Source of the DNA: Promethearchaeota archaeon
Lineage (GTDB): Archaea > Asgardarchaeota > Lokiarchaeia > Sigyniarchaeales > SOKP01
DNA: 64,000 nucleotides
Direction of reading: 5' to 3'
NCBI GenBank assembly: GCA_016839555.1
Contig: JAEOUA010000010.1
Span: forward strand, 32,001 to 96,000
Below the pieces are notes generated by a model. The model saw nothing but the letters and a program-made list of their open reading frames with translations. It did no database searches and was not told where the DNA came from. The position numbers were made by a program, and so were the translations under genes. How positions within the stretch are numbered: position 1 is the stretch's first letter; each line of letters opens with the position of its first letter. Shown in pieces: positions 60,221 to 64,000 of the stretch.

Positions 60221-61573
60221 CTAGAAATTTTCTTTTAAAAAGGCTTTAAAATCTTGATATGTTTCAATTTTAACGGGATTGGGAATTTCTTTTTTTTTTT
60301 CAATTTTTTTTAATGATATTGGCATTTCTGGAGTAATATTGATTAGATTAATGATTTCATCAGGAAATTTAGCAGGATCCGCTGTTTCTAAGGTGATTGA
60401 TTTTAATTTGAAATCCCTTGGATAATCTCTTCGATATTTTTGGAGCGCAGCCCAGCCTACAGCACCATGAGGCTCAATAATTTTATTAAAATTTTTATAA
60501 AATCTTTCGATTGTTTTTTTCGTCAATTCATCGGAGATAGAATAAGAAACGATATCTTGACGTATTTTATCCATATTAGGCTTCTTAAGAAGATTTCCTT
60601 TTTCGTTCATTTGTCCTCCATATAAATCAATTAATCTTGCCAAGTTAGAAGGATGCCCAACATTCATAGCATTAGAAATGCAGTTTATGGAGGGCTCTAT
60701 TTTTTGATATACTCCTGTTTTTAGAAATTGAGGGAATTCATTGTTTTCATTTACAGCGGCAATGAATTTACCACCAGGGAGTCCCATTCTATATGCGATT
60801 AACCCTCCCATTAAATTTCCAAAATTTCCTGAGGGAGCTGAAAATATAATTTTTTCATCTTTTTTTTCTATAATTTGAGCATAACTCCAAAAATAATAAA
60901 GAGTTTGAGGCAATAAACGTCCAAAATTTATTGAGTTGGCAGAGGATAAATTTAAATGCGAAAGATCCTCATCTGCAAATGCGGTTTTTACCATTTTCTG
61001 ACAATCATCAAATTTTTCTTCTATTCCAATCGAAATAATATTTTTTCCTAATGTGGTCATTTGTTTTCGTTGTAATTCACTTATTTCATTTTTAGGATAT
61101 AACACAACGACTTTAATTCCATTTATCTCATAGAAAGCATTACACGCAGCACCTCCAGTATCTCCACTTGTGGCAACAAGAATAATAATATTCATATTTT
61201 CTTGTTTAAGGAAATATTCCATTAAATTCGCCAATGTTCTCATACCTATATCCTTAAAGCTACAAGTTGGACCCCGATCCAAATAACAAATATAATCCTT
61301 TTTAGTTATCTTTTCAATGGGTGCAGGAAAATTTAAAGCTCTATTAATTATTGTTTTTAAATCATCTGAGGGAATCTCATCCCCAATTATTTTTGATAAA
61401 ACTATAAAAGCGATTTCTTGGAATTCTAAATTTTTAAAAGAATAAATTTGATTTTTATTTAATTTAGGAATTTGATTTAGCATATATAATCCTTTGTCTA
61501 AGGCTTGCCCCCTTAAAATTGCTGTTTTAAATCCGACTTCCTTTGTTTTATAATTTGTAGAATGAAATAACAT
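60221..61573 (-). CDS. thrC: Threonine synthase
   Basis: GPT.SFKD, ATSGDTG, Q..QMTT, FDDCQ, SANSIN.GRL.PQ, PSGNFGN, EPHGAV. Confidence 0.95.
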   Translation of the reverse strand: MLFHSTNYKTKEVGFKTAILRGQALDKGLYMLNQIPKLNKNQIYSFKNLEFQEIAFIVLSKIIGDEIPSDDLKTIINRALNFPAPIEKITKKDYICYLDRGPTCSFKDIGMRTLANLMEYFLKQENMNIIILVATSGDTGGAACNAFYEINGIKVVVLYPKNEISELQRKQMTTLGKNIISIGIEEKFDDCQKMVKTAFADEDLSHLNLSSANSINFGRLLPQTLYYFWSYAQIIEKKDEKIIFSAPSGNFGNLMGGLIAYRMGLPGGKFIAAVNENNEFPQFLKTGVYQKIEPSINCISNAMNVGHPSNLARLIDLYGGQMNEKGNLLKKPNMDKIRQDIVSYSISDELTKKTIERFYKNFNKIIEPHGAVGWAALQKYRRDYPRDFKLKSITLETADPAKFPDEIINLINITPEMPISLKKIEKKKEIPNPVKIETYQDFKAFLKENF

Positions 61574-61844
61574 AATTTATATGATAAAGTTAACCAAAAT
61601 TAATTAAAATTTTCCAAAAAAATCTGTGATATCAAAATATATCATAATTTCTTTTCCATTTACTTCAATAACTTTATTTATTTATACTATAATATCTGGC
61701 TTTAATCTTTTTCCAACTGGGATAAGTGTATTTTTAAAAAATTTATTATAGAATTAGATTTTGTTTTAAAGTTTTCTTTAAGCATTTCCTTCTTATTCCT
61801 ATTTTCTTCGCTTTTTTCGGATAATATGATTTAATCACTTAATT

Positions 61845-62405
61845 TTAAAATTCTTCTGCCAAATCCAGATTTATTTTCATATTTTTTTTATTAATTAATT
61901 TATTAACCAATTCAAGAACTTGTTCTGGTGATTCTGCTTCATAAATTTTATCGTTTCTTCTATTATCAATGCTTTTTCCAGCTAATTTTTCCGACCAGCC
62001 TCCAACACCTGTTAATGCTATAACTGGCTTTTCATATATCCAAGCGAAAGCCATCTCACTTAAAGTTCCTGCTTTTCCTCCAATGGCAACAACTATATCT
62101 CCACTAAGAACCACCACAATATTTCTTGCTTGTGAAAATGGTACGGGTATTGCAATATCTACATATCGATTAGCAGCATCTTTTTGCTTATAAGGAATGA
62201 TTCCAATAGTAAGACCGTTTTCTTGCTTTGCACCTTTACACACTGCCTCCATCCCACCAAAAAGCCCTCCACAGGCAATAGCATATTTATTTTTTGCTAA
62301 AAGCTTGCCTATTTCAAATGCTTTTTTTTCAGTATTAGTATCGATTTCACTCCCACAAATAATTGAAATTATTCCTTTATAATCTCGTTGAAAATTAAAG
62401 TCCAT
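61845..62405 (-). CDS. TIGR00725-like LOG/Rossmann-fold nucleotide-binding protein
   Basis: CGG..GGMEA.CKGA, TIGIIP, ARN, GG.AGTLSE. Confidence 0.88.
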   Translation of the reverse strand: MDFNFQRDYKGIISIICGSEIDTNTEKKAFEIGKLLAKNKYAIACGGLFGGMEAVCKGAKQENGLTIGIIPYKQKDAANRYVDIAIPVPFSQARNIVVVLSGDIVVAIGGKAGTLSEMAFAWIYEKPVIALTGVGGWSEKLAGKSIDNRRNDKIYEAESPEQVLELVNKLINKKNMKINLDLAEEF

Positions 62406-62600
62406 CTTTATTTTCTTTAATAATAATTTAAATTAATTTAAATATATTCTATTTAAGATAAAATAATTTTTAAAATTGATATAAGCTCTTTTCTTATAAA
62501 TGCATTTATTTTTGATTTAAAAACAGACATAATGATTTAATTTAATTTTTGAATGAAATTTCTCAGAAATAGAAAAAAATAGAAAAAATTTTAAAATTTT

Positions 62601-63158
62601 TTAATAAGATTCTCTTCTAATAGAAAAAAGATGTATTAAAGAGGTAATTATAGTTATTATTGCAGGAATTAATACTAAGTAAAATCCTACACCAGCCTCA
62701 GCGGATGCTAACTTAAGGATTATTGCTATAAAAATATTCAGAATAAAAACGAAGGTAGGGATTTCAGGTTTAATATAATTTTTAAAAATATAAAATTGAA
62801 TAATTGTAATTAATACTAAAACAACTCCAATTATTATAATAAGAATAACCACAGATTTAGCCTCAGTACTAATTAATTGAATTATTCCCAAAATTGATAT
62901 TGCTATTGCTAAAACAAGCATCATATATCCAATTATTGAAGGAGCCAACACTATACTTCCTGCAAGATTCTCTAAATCACTAACATTATTAATTATGGGT
63001 ATTCCAGTCATCTTACCTAATGGAGTTATTTCAATTGATAATAATCCATATATATCGATTTTCCCTATAGGTAAAAATATCCCAAGAAGAGCCAAGCCCC
63101 CTAGAATTATAGAAAAGATACCAGCATATTTATTAAAACCCACTTGTATTTTCACCAT
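62601..63158 (-). CDS. Hypothetical membrane protein (4-5 TM)
   Basis: Hydrophobic; LGIFLP near N-terminus, G.GFY near C-terminus. Confidence 0.75.
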   Translation of the reverse strand: MVKIQVGFNKYAGIFSIILGGLALLGIFLPIGKIDIYGLLSIEITPLGKMTGIPIINNVSDLENLAGSIVLAPSIIGYMMLVLAIAISILGIIQLISTEAKSVVILIIIIGVVLVLITIIQFYIFKNYIKPEIPTFVFILNIFIAIILKLASAEAGVGFYLVLIPAIITIITSLIHLFSIRRESY

Positions 63159-63782
63159 TTAATTTAAATTTATTGTAAATTAATAGAATTACATTAAATT
63201 TAAAGGTTTTGCGTATTAATATTGAAAAGGATTTAAAAAATTTTATTATTTCTAATTTTCTTGAATTAATTCTCTAATAAAGTTCTAATTATGATAAATT
63301 TTTAGTAAAAAGATTTTTTTAAATGCTTTTTGAATTAATCTTAGTCTTTAGAAATTCTTTTTATCTATTTTTTAGAATAAAACTCAATTCAAAAAACCCT
63401 CAAAAGAATTCTATATAATATTTCTTTACTCTGATTTTATGATTTTATTATTATTGAATTTTTAATTATGTTACTTTCAACCCAAATTCATTAAAGAATA
63501 TTGATTTCTAATTAACTTATTGGAAATTAATTTTTGATATTTTTACAATTAAAGCCTCTGTTTTCGTTTCCTAATAATTTGGATATGGATATCTTTTTCA
63601 ATACGCAAAATAAATCAAATTAAAAGAGATCAATAATAAAAAAAATATAGATTCTATGAATTAATTACAATTATTATTTTTTTAAGATACTTGAAAAAAG
63701 AGGTTTAAAAAAAAAAAAATTAAAATTAAATTTTAGAATTTTTATTATTATTTTTATTATTATTATTTAGTTTTTATAGCGT

Positions 63783-64000
63783 CTAGCCCCTCATCTTTAT
63801 GATTAAAACTATTTCAACGATCAATGCTATGATTGCACCAATAATAATATAATAGAATCCTAAAGCTGCTTTAGTTACCACACCACCCAACATTATTACA
63901 GCCGCAAAGAGCCCTGCGTCACCAGTTAAATCTGCCATTATTATAGAGATTAATATAATCATTGGATCCCCTACTAATGCTGATGGAATTGAAGCCAATA
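63783..64000 (-). CDS. 3' end of membrane protein, probable paralogue of 62601..63158 (truncated by window)
   Basis: AALGFYYIIIGAIIALI compared with AGVGFYLVLIPAIITII. Confidence 0.6.
   Translation of the reverse strand, partial: LASIPSALVGDPMIILISIIMADLTGDAGLFAAVIMLGGVVTKAALGFYYIIIGAIIALIVEIVLIIKMRG

Noticed and set aside
63160-63780. Replication origin in a long AT-rich spacer (also 15090-15470)
   Set aside because: No ORB-like repeats with G-strings were seen and there is no adjacent cdc6/orc1.

Overview
Very AT-rich archaeal DNA with the hallmarks of an Asgard archaeon, most likely Lokiarchaeia/Promethearchaeota (inference). The hallmarks are Rab-like and Arf/Rag-like small GTPases, several longin and roadblock proteins, ribosomal protein eL13, tandem families of 7TM and Zn-ribbon proteins, and GGTGA/AGGAG Shine-Dalgarno motifs. 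About 58 CDS were found; no rRNA, tRNA, CRISPR array or mobile element was recognised. Contents: five MFS transporters; a NifX-like/2x MinD-ferredoxin ATPase cluster upstream of a divergent fwdG-B-D-A block; a PhoD-like phosphatase; two tandem ilvC paralogues; Mrp/ApbC; acyl-CoA and amino-acid catabolism genes (two 3-hydroxyacyl-CoA dehydrogenases, Kce, thioesterase, and a korDABC-thiolase-DUF35-methylmalonyl-CoA mutase operon); thrC; and two GTPase/roadblock/longin modules. Most interesting observations: (1) a shared 14-bp palindrome TGAATAWWTATTCA links three dispersed loci (NifX-MinD, Mrp, DUF5320-DtxR) into a probable metal/Fe-S regulon; (2) the two IlvC paralogues show complementary active-site loss, suggesting an obligate heterodimer; (3) the Fwd-like complex has remodelled catalytic residues; (4) two intact genes have no ATG/GTG/TTG upstream of their essential N-terminal motif and appear to start at ATA/ATC; (5) an NPRL2/DENN-like longin domain is fused both to a Rag/Arf-like GTPase and to a polytopic membrane domain. 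All family assignments come from motif recognition by eye, not from database searches.
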